The notes: a model not told the origin generated them from the letters alone. A stretch of 64,000 bases of DNA from an uncultured Candidatus Saccharibacteria bacterium (GCA_964453135.1 CAYVOL010000003.1:33976-97975), one strand, 5' to 3'. Counted from the first letter of the stretch, positions 10,690 to 19,552 are shown. Program-made: numbers and translations.

Positions 10690-11250
10690 ATGAAAAAAAA
10701 TCTACAACCCAAAGCTCAAAGCTCAAAGCTCAAAGCTAGTCCGAGAGGTTTTTCCATAGTGGAACTTATAATGGCCACGGCTTTGTTTGTTATTATTCTT
10801 TCTATTATAGTCAGCATTTATTTGCGTTCTTTAGAGACGCAAAAAGCCACCCTCCATCTGATAGGAGCCAATGACAATCTGGTTTTAGCAGTGGAAGAAA
10901 TAGCGCGCGACATAAGGAACGGCACGGATTTTAACGAAGGCGACCCGAATTGTTCCAATAACGGCTTTGGCTCGGGATTGGAGTTTACTATTTATACGGG
11001 AGAAAAATTCTGTTATCGTTTTAACGGCTCCGACGCAATTGAAAAAGGAGTTTTTAATACATCAACCGGCAACTTCGATTTTCTAAAAATTACTTCCGAC
11101 GATATTCAAATCAGCGATTTCAAGATACAGAAGATTTCAGGGTTTTCCGTGCCGCGGGTCGTTGTTTTTTTCGCCGTGTCGTCCAAGAACGGCGTTTTGC
11201 GGGGAGTAAAGACTTACATTCAAACCACAGTCAGCGCGAGAAACATCTAA
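10690..11250 (+). CDS. pseudopilin / minor pilin (prepilin-type)
   Basis: Leader is MKKNLQPKAQSSKLKASPRG|FSIVELIMATALFVIILSII. The leader is encoded in part by a 7-nt tandem array (caaagct x4). Confidence 0.7.
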   Translation: MKKNLQPKAQSSKLKASPRGFSIVELIMATALFVIILSIIVSIYLRSLETQKATLHLIGANDNLVLAVEEIARDIRNGTDFNEGDPNCSNNGFGSGLEFTIYTGEKFCYRFNGSDAIEKGVFNTSTGNFDFLKITSDDIQISDFKIQKISGFSVPRVVVFFAVSSKNGVLRGVKTYIQTTVSARNI

Positions 11251-11332
11251 TCTTTTAACTTGTAGCATGAAACGTGAAACGCAAAAAAATCTCTTACAAG
11301 GTTACACGCGTTATTTACATGCCATGTGCTAT

Positions 11333-11776
11333 ATGACTAATTATTTACTGCAAAACCTAATAAAACGTTATACGTTATATGTTATACGTTATACGGACAA
11401 GAGGGGGCAGTTGATGATTTTAACGGTTTTGCTTTTGGGCGGGGTTATTATCGGCGTTACTTCCGTGGTAAGTTCATTGATTGTGTATAAAGTCCGTCAG
11501 GCAACCGACGTGGCTGATTCGGCCAAGGCCATTTTCTCCGCGGACGCTGGCCGGGAATTTGAGCTTTATCGCGCCAAAACGGGGTTAGGCGTGCCTTGCC
11601 CTTCTTTCTCCAACGGAGCGAGTTTTCATACCGAGGTAACATACGATGATTCTTCCGGCTTGCTCACTCTTTTTTCCAAAGGAAGCGGAATTAACAACAA
11701 CCGCATTTGGCACGAATTTTTCGCCTCTTCCACTATCGCCACTTCCAGCTATCCCATTAATAAAGATTGCCAATAA
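11333..11776 (+). CDS. hypothetical membrane protein, possibly a GspK/PilX-like minor pilin lacking Glu5
   Basis: The sequence ...DKRG|QLMILTVLLLGGVIIGVTSVV has a Gly before a hydrophobic helix but no Glu5. The start is ambiguous: the ORF opens at 11267, with ATGs at 11324, 11333 and 11414. A 7-nt x4 array (acgttat) lies in the putative leader region. Confidence 0.35.
   Translation: MTNYLLQNLIKRYTLYVIRYTDKRGQLMILTVLLLGGVIIGVTSVVSSLIVYKVRQATDVADSAKAIFSADAGREFELYRAKTGLGVPCPSFSNGASFHTEVTYDDSSGLLTLFSKGSGINNNRIWHEFFASSTIATSSYPINKDCQ
11365..11396 (+). repeat. heptanucleotide tandem repeat (acgttat x4) in the 5' region of a pilin-like ORF
   Basis: Direct reading of acgttat acgttat atgttat acgttat. 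Confidence 0.8.
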
Positions 11777-11824
11777 AAGTTATCCCCATCCCTTCGTTGA
11801 CAGGAGTTGAGTGAATGATAAAAT
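11776..11824 (+). promoter_or_regulatory. sigma70-like promoter with upstream AAAGTTATCCCCAT motif (left cassette)
   Basis: The elements are aaagttatccccat (11776-11789), TTGACA (11797-11802), a 16-nt spacer and TAAAAT (11819-11824), about 108 nt upstream of the ATG at 11932. Confidence 0.5.
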
Positions 11825-11931
11825 TAGTAATAATCACAAAACATGAAACGTAAATCTTGAAACTGGAGACAAACAATTGAGACAAGCTCCGAGTTTCAGG
11901 GTTCAAGTTTTATGTTTTAAGATTTTCTCCT

Positions 11932-13023
11932 ATGTTCAAATCTCCTCTTTTCTATATTAATTTAGTTCTTTTAGTAATGATTGTCAGTTTGGCATTGAGC
12001 GTTAATGTCAGCAATTCCCATCTTCCCAATTTTCTCAAAAAAGCCATTGCCCAGGTGCAGTCAATAACCGGCAGCGGCACCACCAACTATCTGGCTGTTT
12101 TCGGACAAACTTCCCCTTCCTATACCATCGGCAATTCCATTATTTATGACAATGGAACTAATGTGGGCATTGGGACGACTAATCCGCTTGTGGGATTGGA
12201 TATTGCCGGAGGACGAGGCATTCAACTATCAGACGGATCGGGCCATTATGTTTCTGCTGGTTTGAGCACTGTTACTCCCGGTTGGGCAGGTTTACATGTT
12301 GGCACCATTGCCGGACCTAATGTAGGCGGAACAGGAGGATTTTTTGCTTATGATTACAATACCAATACAGCAGTGATAGCAAGTACTTATGCTACCCGTA
12401 TTGCTTCTCGCCAAGGATTCATACAGTTCAATGCTTCTGATAACCCGTCCCAGGATCTTGGTCGGATGTGGATTATGGGAAACGGCAACGTCGGTATCAA
12501 TACCACCAGCCCTTCCCAGAGATTAGAAGTTGTTGGCAATGGCAAATTCGGAAGATTCTATGTTGTTGATACTCAATATGGCGGCGGTCCTTATGCTCCC
12601 GGCATCGGGACAGATGGAACCAACACCGGCGTTGCCGCAAATGGTGGAGGATTTTACGTCCTCAGTGGTCCTTCTGGCGCTTATGGCAATACTTATGGAA
12701 ATGATTATTGGATTAACTCTGTCGGCAAATGGGCGAGTCAGATGGGGGGAGGATTTGGCTCTTGGAGCGGCCCGTATAGTACGAACACCGCATATACTGC
12801 GGCGACTGACGGATTTGTTGTCGGATATACTTACGCAGGGGGCGATGTTTATTGCGGAGGTTATATTGACACTCCGTTGGGGGTTCGTCGTCAAGATGGC
12901 AGATCAAATCATGATGGCGCACAAGGGACCTATATGGTTCCGGTGCGAAAGGGAGATACCTGGCAGGTAACAGACACCGGTGGTTGCGGATGGACTATTT
13001 ATTGGTTGCCTGCTGGCAGTTGA
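11932..13023 (+). CDS. glycine-rich secreted protein with tail-fibre-like NVGIGTTNP / GINTTSPSQ-LEV repeats (cassette copy A)
   Basis: Signal-peptide-like N-terminus (MFKSPLFYINLVLLVMIVSLALS). Gly/Asn/Thr-rich repeats are of the kind seen in phage tail-fibre and beta-helix adhesin proteins. The first ~85 aa are nearly identical to the minus-strand paralog at 20128-21141. Confidence 0.6.
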   Translation: MFKSPLFYINLVLLVMIVSLALSVNVSNSHLPNFLKKAIAQVQSITGSGTTNYLAVFGQTSPSYTIGNSIIYDNGTNVGIGTTNPLVGLDIAGGRGIQLSDGSGHYVSAGLSTVTPGWAGLHVGTIAGPNVGGTGGFFAYDYNTNTAVIASTYATRIASRQGFIQFNASDNPSQDLGRMWIMGNGNVGINTTSPSQRLEVVGNGKFGRFYVVDTQYGGGPYAPGIGTDGTNTGVAANGGGFYVLSGPSGAYGNTYGNDYWINSVGKWASQMGGGFGSWSGPYSTNTAYTAATDGFVVGYTYAGGDVYCGGYIDTPLGVRRQDGRSNHDGAQGTYMVPVRKGDTWQVTDTGGCGWTIYWLPAGS

Positions 13024-13030
13024 TATAAAT

Positions 13031-13588
13031 ATGAATCATCGTTCTTATTATTATTTTAATCCAGTGGTAAAAATTGTTGTGGCGCTTTTGGTAATTATTT
13101 TGTCTTTTGGCTGGGGCAGTTATTTGGGCAAGCAAAACGAAGCGCGAAAAAATAAAGACAGCGTAGATGGCGCGGTAAGAGAAGCGATGGCGGAGATATT
13201 CGGCAAAGTGTCCGCCAATAATTTGCAAGGGAGAATAGTTTCTGTTTCGGCGGATAAAAAATCAATCGTCGTGGAAATCCCGAGCGTTTTCGGTTTTCCT
13301 CTGCCTAAAAGTTATCAAGACAAGATATTGACGCTTCCCGCTTCAGTGGAAATCATCATGGCCGAGCAGAAAACAGCGCAAGAGTTTGAAAAAGAACTAT
13401 CTTCTTCTAAAAAGAAATCGGGGAGTTTCGGTTTTGTTCCGCCGTCGCCGGTTGTCAATAAGGCGATTTCCGTTGACGAATTGAAAGCCGGAGATCAGAT
13501 AAGTTTTATTGTGGCGGATGCTGGAAAAAATATCCTGGATAATTTCTACGACGTAAATAAAATCGTCGTATCCTCGGCCCGTATTTAA
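13031..13588 (+). CDS. membrane-anchored partner protein of the glycine-rich cassette (copy A)
   Basis: One N-terminal TM helix then a soluble domain. It is about 40% identical over its full length to the 19553-20122 (-) product. The start was moved to the ATG at 13031, just after the upstream stop. Confidence 0.5.
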   Translation: MNHRSYYYFNPVVKIVVALLVIILSFGWGSYLGKQNEARKNKDSVDGAVREAMAEIFGKVSANNLQGRIVSVSADKKSIVVEIPSVFGFPLPKSYQDKILTLPASVEIIMAEQKTAQEFEKELSSSKKKSGSFGFVPPSPVVNKAISVDELKAGDQISFIVADAGKNILDNFYDVNKIVVSSARI

Positions 13589-13591
13589 ACA

Positions 13592-15388
13592 ATGAAAGTG
13601 AAAAATATGTTGTGCCATAAAAAGATATTATTATTGAAAAAACCGCTTTTCTGGAGCGGGCTGTTTTTTGCCGTAATGGCGGTGATGTTTGTTTCGAGCA
13701 TAGATTGGAAAAATACCGCCCAATCCCAGGTAGCCAACTCTGTTTTTGGAAGCGGAACGCCGCACTTTCTGGCCAAGTGGGTGGTGGCAACTAATACCCC
13801 GACTTTAAGAATAGATCCTGCTTCGGCTATAACTCTTGTCGGTTCCACCACGCAATTCCGCGCGTACTACGACCCGGACGGTCCGGGCGGTCCTTCGGCT
13901 GAACAAGACGTCACGGCATCTTCTGTCTGGTCATCGGATAATACTTCTGTTGCCACGGTCAACGGCTCCGGTTTGGCGACAAGCGTCTCTATGGGAACAG
14001 CCCAAATCAGCGCAACGTATTCCGGCTTAAGCGCCTCGGCTTCTTTGACGGTTACCGGGCCTGCCTTCAGGATTGCTCCTGCGTCAGCTACCACTCTTGT
14101 CGGTTCCACTACGCAATTTCGCGCTTACTACGATTCCGACGGATTATTATCCGGCCCCGAAATAGAAGTGACCGCTTCGTCCAACTGGTCTTCTAGCAGC
14201 TCTTCCGTTGCTGCAATAGACAGTTCCGGTTTAGCCACCAGCATTGCCATTGGCACGACCCAAATTGGCGCTTCTTATACTAATCCTTCCGGTGTGACAT
14301 TTACTTCCACCGCTGTTTTGAGAGTCGTTGCTTTTGAGGTCAGGCCACTCTCGGCATCGATTATCACTGGTGCCACTACGTCTTTTAATTCCTGGTTCTA
14401 TAACGGAGCCAGCTGGAGCAATGTTATTTCTAGTTGGTCATCGGCCAGCACCACTATTGCCACAATCAGTCCATCTTCGGGAAGAAGGACCGTTGCTACC
14501 GGTAAAAATAACGGCACAACCCAGATTAAAGCCAGATATAGCAGCGCGATAGGGTCTCTTAACGCAGCTGCTGATTTGACAGTTGGAGTCGCCGGTCCTG
14601 TTAATGGCGTTTGCGGTCCGGCTAACGGCGGAACTTACGCCACTACTCCGCCGGCGGGCGACTTATGTTCCAACGGCTCTGCTTCGTCGGTCTCCGGCAG
14701 CGGCACTCCCACTTGGACCTGGACTTGCAATGGCTCGGGCGGCGGGACCAACGCTTCTTGCTCGGCCACCAACAGCGGCATACCGGCAAATACGCCTCCC
14801 AGCGCATCAAGTTTGTCTATAAGCGTCGCTGCCGGCACGAGCGATAATTTAACCGCGGATTGCAAAATCAGAGATAGCGCTGTTTTCAACTGGAGCTTCT
14901 CCGACCCTGACTCCGGAGATTCTCAAAGCGCTTTTCAAATAAAAGTTTATTCTGACGGCGCGTTAACTAATTTAGCGCTGGATACAAACAAAATTACTTC
15001 TTCTGTTTCCTCTTATTCTACCTCAACTTTATCCGCGGGAACTTATTATTGGAAGATGATGGTGTGGGATAACCATAATGCCTCGTCTTCCTGGGTTATA
15101 GCCCCGTCTTCTTTCACTATCACAGAACAACAAGCGATTAACTTCACCTGGTCCCCCACAACTCCTATATTCAACAGCACGGTTACTTTTACTGCCAACA
15201 GCACTATTCCCATTGCTTCCTACTACTGGCAATTTATCAGCGGCAATCCGTCTGCAGTTTACGGCAATCCGGCAACCACTACTTTTTCCAGTATTGGTTC
15301 AAAGGCGATTACCTTGATTCCTACAACCTCAGGGGGGAAAACCTGTTCTATAAGCCGTAATGTTGTTGTGGGCGGAGGCGGAGAGTAA
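13592..15388 (+). CDS. large secreted surface protein with three Big_2-type Ig-like repeats, a Cys-rich module and a C-terminal PKD/Fn3-like domain
   Basis: N-terminal TM/signal. Three about 95-aa repeats (ITLVGSTTQFRAYYD...SASLTV), the first two nearly identical at DNA level. Then a CGPANGG...C...C...C segment and an NFTWSPTTPIFNSTVTFTANS PKD-like motif. Confidence 0.7.
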   Translation: MKVKNMLCHKKILLLKKPLFWSGLFFAVMAVMFVSSIDWKNTAQSQVANSVFGSGTPHFLAKWVVATNTPTLRIDPASAITLVGSTTQFRAYYDPDGPGGPSAEQDVTASSVWSSDNTSVATVNGSGLATSVSMGTAQISATYSGLSASASLTVTGPAFRIAPASATTLVGSTTQFRAYYDSDGLLSGPEIEVTASSNWSSSSSSVAAIDSSGLATSIAIGTTQIGASYTNPSGVTFTSTAVLRVVAFEVRPLSASIITGATTSFNSWFYNGASWSNVISSWSSASTTIATISPSSGRRTVATGKNNGTTQIKARYSSAIGSLNAAADLTVGVAGPVNGVCGPANGGTYATTPPAGDLCSNGSASSVSGSGTPTWTWTCNGSGGGTNASCSATNSGIPANTPPSASSLSISVAAGTSDNLTADCKIRDSAVFNWSFSDPDSGDSQSAFQIKVYSDGALTNLALDTNKITSSVSSYSTSTLSAGTYYWKMMVWDNHNASSSWVIAPSSFTITEQQAINFTWSPTTPIFNSTVTFTANSTIPIASYYWQFISGNPSAVYGNPATTTFSSIGSKAITLIPTTSGGKTCSISRNVVVGGGGE

Positions 15389-15419
15389 TAAGTCCGGTGT
15401 AATTTGTGATGAAAATAAT

Positions 15420-15453
15420 AAACTCCCCCGCTAAAGCGGGGGAGTTTATTTGG
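15420..15453 (+). terminator. rho-independent terminator
   Basis: Perfect 12-bp GC-rich stem aaactcccccgc / gcgggggagttt with a taaa loop, followed by atttggt, 30 nt after the stop of the Big_2 gene. Confidence 0.8.
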
Positions 15454-15487
15454 TGAGGAAAATGGGATAAAATTAGTTTTAAGCCAA

Positions 15488-18079
15488 TTGTTTTTGTTAT
15501 TTAATATATTCAAGTGTTATTCAATGATTTACAACCATCAGAAAATTGAAAAGAAGTGGCAAGCGTTTTGGGAGAAGAGCGGAATTTATAGAATTAAGAA
15601 AAACAGAAATAAAAAGAAATTTTATGTTCTGGATATGTTTCCTTATCCGTCCGGCGATGGGCTCCATGTGGGGCATCCCCGCGGCTACATTGCCACTGAT
15701 GTGGCGGCGCGTTTTAAAACAATGAAGGGGTATGAGGTTTTACATCCTATGGGCTGGGACGCTTTCGGGCTTCCGGCCGAAAATTTCGCCTTAAAAAACA
15801 AAATTCATCCGCGATTGGCTGTTGCTAAAAATATCAAAAGGTTTAAAAATCAGCTTAAAATGTTCGGTTTTACTTATGACTGGAGCCGCGAGATAAACAC
15901 CACGGATGAAAAATATTATAAATGGACGCAATGGATTTTTCTTCAAATGTTTCACGCCGGTTTGGCTTACGAATCTTTTGAGCCGATTAATTGGTGTCCT
16001 TCGTGCAAGACCGGTTTGGCCAATGAAGACTTGGAAGACGGACGCTGTGAGCGTTGCGGCAGTATTGTGGAAAAAAAGCCGTTAAGGCAATGGGTTTTGA
16101 AAATGACCGCTTACGCCGAACGCCTGCTTAAAGATTTGAAATTTCTTGATTGGCCACTTTCTATTGTTGAGCAGCAGAAAAACTGGATAGGAAAATCGGA
16201 GGGAGCGCTCGTAGAATTCAAGATTCAAGATTCAAGATTCAAGATTGATGTATTTACCACGCGGGTTGATACGATTTTCGGATGCACTTATGTGGTGGTG
16301 GCGCCGGAACACGAGGTTATTAAGAATTTAACATTTAGAATTAAGAATTTCGGGGAAGTAGAGAGATATATTGGGGAAGCGAAGAAAAAATCTGATTTGC
16401 AGAGAACTGATTTGGCCAAAGAAAAAACCGGAGTTGAATTGAAGGGCGTGGAAGCGATTAATCCGTTTAACGGCGAAGCGGTGCCTGTTTTTGTCGCGGA
16501 TTACGTTTTGGCGGATTATGGAACCGGCGCGGTAATGGCAGTACCGGCGCATGACAAACGTGATTACGATTTTGCTCTAAAATACGGTTTATCAATTAAA
16601 CGGGTAATTGTTTCAAATAATACACAAGTTCAGAATGATAATTCCAAATCACAAAATTTAAAACAAGCTTTTGAAGATGACGGGATTTTGGTTGATTCGG
16701 GAGATTTCACCGGTTTGATTTCGGCTAGGGCGCGGCAAGAAATGGCAAAGTGGCTGAAAAAAAATAAATTGGGGGAAGAAAAGACAAATTATAAAATGCG
16801 CGATTGGGTTTTCAGCCGCCAAAGATATTGGGGAGAGCCTATTCCGCTAATTTTTTGTCCAGCGTGCAAAGAATCAATCCAAGATCCAAGATCCAAGATC
16901 CAAGATTCAAGATTCAGTCAGGGCGAATTGTTAAACCCCGGCTGGATAGGGGTGGAAGAAAAAAATTTACCCGTAAAACTGCCGGAGGTGAAATCTTATG
17001 AGCCATCCGGCACGGGCGAATCTCCTTTGGTAAATATTAAAAAATGGGTGAATGTGAAATGTCCTAAATGTGGCGGAAAAGCCAAACGGGAAACCAATAC
17101 TATGCCGCAGTGGGCCGGTTCCTGCTGGTATTATTTGCGTTTCATTGATCCGAGAAATAATAAGGCATTGGTTGATAAAAAAAAGGAAAAAGAATGGATG
17201 CCGGTTGATTTATACGTGGGCGGGGTGGAACACGCCACCCGCCATTTGCTCTATGCCCGTTTTTGGCACAAATTTTTATACGATATCGGAGCGGTTTCCG
17301 CCAAAGAACCTTTCAAAAAGCTCGTCAATCAAGGGTTGATTTTGGCGGCTGACGGCCGCAAGATGTCCAAACGATGGGGAAATGTGATAAATCCGGACGA
17401 TATGATTGAGCAATTCGGCGCGGACTCTTTGCGTTTGTACGAAATGTTTTTAGGTCCTTTTGCGCAGCATATTGCCTGGAATATGGACGGGATAAGGGGA
17501 ATGAAAAGATTTTTGGACAGAATTTATAAAACAATATCAAAACCTAAAAGTCAAAGCCCGAAACTCAAAGTTAAAAATCAAAAATTAGAGAGATTACTGC
17601 ATCAAACTATTAAAAAAGTGACGGAAGATATCGAAGGTTTTAGGTTTAACACGGCGATTTCTTCTTTAATGATTTTATTTAACGAAATGGAACGAGAAAA
17701 CAGCGGATTAGAAATAAAACATTGCGAGTTATTTCTAAAATTACTGGCGCCGTTTGCTCCGCATATCGCAGAGGAAATATGGCAAAATTTGCGACGCAAT
17801 AATAGCGGTAAAAACGCGCGCCGCACCGTTTTCCAAAGCATTCATTCAGAGTTATGGCCCGGATATAACAAGAAATTGATTGAAGAAGAATTATTTGAAC
17901 TGGTGGTGCAAATTAATGGTAAAGTAAAAGACAAAGTTAAAGCCCATGCCGGTATTTCCCAAAAAGAAGCGGAGGAAATGGTTTTTGCTTTGCCTAAAAT
18001 CAGAGAGCTGTTAAAAGGAAAATCCGCGCGGAAAATTATTTTTGTTCCCGGAAGGTTGATCAATCTCGTTATCGCGTAA
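15488..18079 (+). CDS. leuS: leucyl-tRNA synthetase
   Basis: HIGH motif (HVGHPRGY) and KMSKS motif (KMSKRWGN), with a CP1 editing region. 863 aa. It contains two in-frame 7-nt tandem arrays. Confidence 0.95.
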   Translation: MFLLFNIFKCYSMIYNHQKIEKKWQAFWEKSGIYRIKKNRNKKKFYVLDMFPYPSGDGLHVGHPRGYIATDVAARFKTMKGYEVLHPMGWDAFGLPAENFALKNKIHPRLAVAKNIKRFKNQLKMFGFTYDWSREINTTDEKYYKWTQWIFLQMFHAGLAYESFEPINWCPSCKTGLANEDLEDGRCERCGSIVEKKPLRQWVLKMTAYAERLLKDLKFLDWPLSIVEQQKNWIGKSEGALVEFKIQDSRFKIDVFTTRVDTIFGCTYVVVAPEHEVIKNLTFRIKNFGEVERYIGEAKKKSDLQRTDLAKEKTGVELKGVEAINPFNGEAVPVFVADYVLADYGTGAVMAVPAHDKRDYDFALKYGLSIKRVIVSNNTQVQNDNSKSQNLKQAFEDDGILVDSGDFTGLISARARQEMAKWLKKNKLGEEKTNYKMRDWVFSRQRYWGEPIPLIFCPACKESIQDPRSKIQDSRFSQGELLNPGWIGVEEKNLPVKLPEVKSYEPSGTGESPLVNIKKWVNVKCPKCGGKAKRETNTMPQWAGSCWYYLRFIDPRNNKALVDKKKEKEWMPVDLYVGGVEHATRHLLYARFWHKFLYDIGAVSAKEPFKKLVNQGLILAADGRKMSKRWGNVINPDDMIEQFGADSLRLYEMFLGPFAQHIAWNMDGIRGMKRFLDRIYKTISKPKSQSPKLKVKNQKLERLLHQTIKKVTEDIEGFRFNTAISSLMILFNEMERENSGLEIKHCELFLKLLAPFAPHIAEEIWQNLRRNNSGKNARRTVFQSIHSELWPGYNKKLIEEELFELVVQINGKVKDKVKAHAGISQKEAEEMVFALPKIRELLKGKSARKIIFVPGRLINLVIA
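16217..16246 (+). repeat. heptanucleotide tandem array (caagatt x4) inside leuS
   Basis: The sequence gaa ttcaagattcaagattcaagattcaagatt gat encodes FKIQDSRFKID. Confidence 0.85.
16879..16915 (+). repeat. heptanucleotide tandem array (ccaagat x4 + tcaagat) inside leuS
   Basis: The sequence ccaagatccaagatccaagatccaagattcaagattcag encodes IQDPRSKIQDSRF. Confidence 0.85.
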
Positions 18080-18084
18080 TTCGC

Positions 18085-19536
18085 ATGAAATTCTACGACA
18101 CTATTTCAAAAAAGAATAAGTTGTTCAAACCAGGAAATTCGCCACGGGTTTCTTTGTACAGTTGCGGGCCTACGGTTTATAACTTTGTTCATCTGGGAAA
18201 TTTGCGCGCCTATGTTTTTGTTGACTTGCTTAAACGTTATCTGCGGTATCGCGGTTATTCGGTTAAGCATGTGATGAACATCACTGATGTGGACGATAAA
18301 ACTATTGCTGGCAGCAGGGAAGACAAAAAAAATTTAAAAGAATTTACCGATTTTTATCTCAAGGCATTTTTGAATGATTTGAAGGATTTAAATATCCAAA
18401 TGCCCGATGTTTTGCCCCGGGCCACCGACTACGTTGATGATATGGCGAAAATAATTAAGCGGTTAATCAAAAAAGATTTTGCTTACAAAACAAAAGACGG
18501 CTCGGTTTATTTTCGCATTGCCAAGTTTAAAAACTACGGCCGGTTGGCTGATTTGAAGAGCCGCATGAGGAAACAGACAGGGGAACATTCTAATTTAGTT
18601 GATAATTATAACAAGGAAGACGCTTTTGATTTTGCCTTGTGGAAGGCTTGGCGTCCGCAAGACGGAAAAGTTTTTTGGGAAACGGAATTGGGCAAGGGCC
18701 GTCCGGGCTGGCACATTGAATGTTCTGCTATGGCGATGAAATTATTGGGGAGCACGATTGATATTCATTGTGGAGGCGTGGATTTGATTTTTCCGCATCA
18801 CACCAACGAAATAGCCCAGTCGGAAGCGGCCACGGGTAAAAAATTCGTCCGCTATTTCCTGCACAACGAGCATTTATTGGTAGAAGGAGAAAAAATGTCC
18901 AAGTCGCTGGGAAATTTTTATACTTTGGCGGATATATTAAAAAAGGGATACCACCCTTTATTTTTGCGTTTGATTTTGCTGAAAACCCATTATCGGCAAA
19001 CTCTAAATTTCAGTTTTAAGGAATTTGAGGAGGCGGAAAATATATTGGCAAAAATTGACGATTTTATGTCGGAATTGGATTTTATTATTAAGAATCACGG
19101 GAGAGGGGCAATGGCGCAGACAAAGCAACGACTGACAAACATTGAGAAATTAATCGGAGATTGCCGCAGGAAATTTAAACAATCTTTGGATAGCGACTTG
19201 AATGTCAGTGAGGCCTTGGCCGTTTTTTTTGAATTTATTAACGCCGCCAATAAGGCTCTTTCGTTTTTGGATAGCCGAGAAGCGATAGAGATAAAAAGAT
19301 TTATTTTTGAGATTGACTCCGTGTTGGGGTTGATAGAAAAATTTTACGCAGAGAATAAAGAGAAATTAAAAGAGAGATTAAAAAATCCGGAATTAAAAAA
19401 ACTGCTTAAAGAAAGGGAATTGGCCAGAAAAAATAGAGATTATCCGCTGGCAGATGGCTTAAGAAGAAAAATTTTAGATTACGGAGTGATAGTGCGCGAT
19501 AAAACTGACGGATACTTACTGAAAATTAAAATTTAA
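18085..19536 (+). CDS. cysS: cysteinyl-tRNA synthetase
   Basis: The CGPTVYNFVHLGNLRAY and KMSKSLGN motifs are present, with a Zn-binding Cys/His context (HIECSAM...HCGG...H). 483 aa. Confidence 0.95.
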   Translation: MKFYDTISKKNKLFKPGNSPRVSLYSCGPTVYNFVHLGNLRAYVFVDLLKRYLRYRGYSVKHVMNITDVDDKTIAGSREDKKNLKEFTDFYLKAFLNDLKDLNIQMPDVLPRATDYVDDMAKIIKRLIKKDFAYKTKDGSVYFRIAKFKNYGRLADLKSRMRKQTGEHSNLVDNYNKEDAFDFALWKAWRPQDGKVFWETELGKGRPGWHIECSAMAMKLLGSTIDIHCGGVDLIFPHHTNEIAQSEAATGKKFVRYFLHNEHLLVEGEKMSKSLGNFYTLADILKKGYHPLFLRLILLKTHYRQTLNFSFKEFEEAENILAKIDDFMSELDFIIKNHGRGAMAQTKQRLTNIEKLIGDCRRKFKQSLDSDLNVSEALAVFFEFINAANKALSFLDSREAIEIKRFIFEIDSVLGLIEKFYAENKEKLKERLKNPELKKLLKERELARKNRDYPLADGLRRKILDYGVIVRDKTDGYLLKIKI

Positions 19537-19552
19537 ATACCCGTCACCCCGA

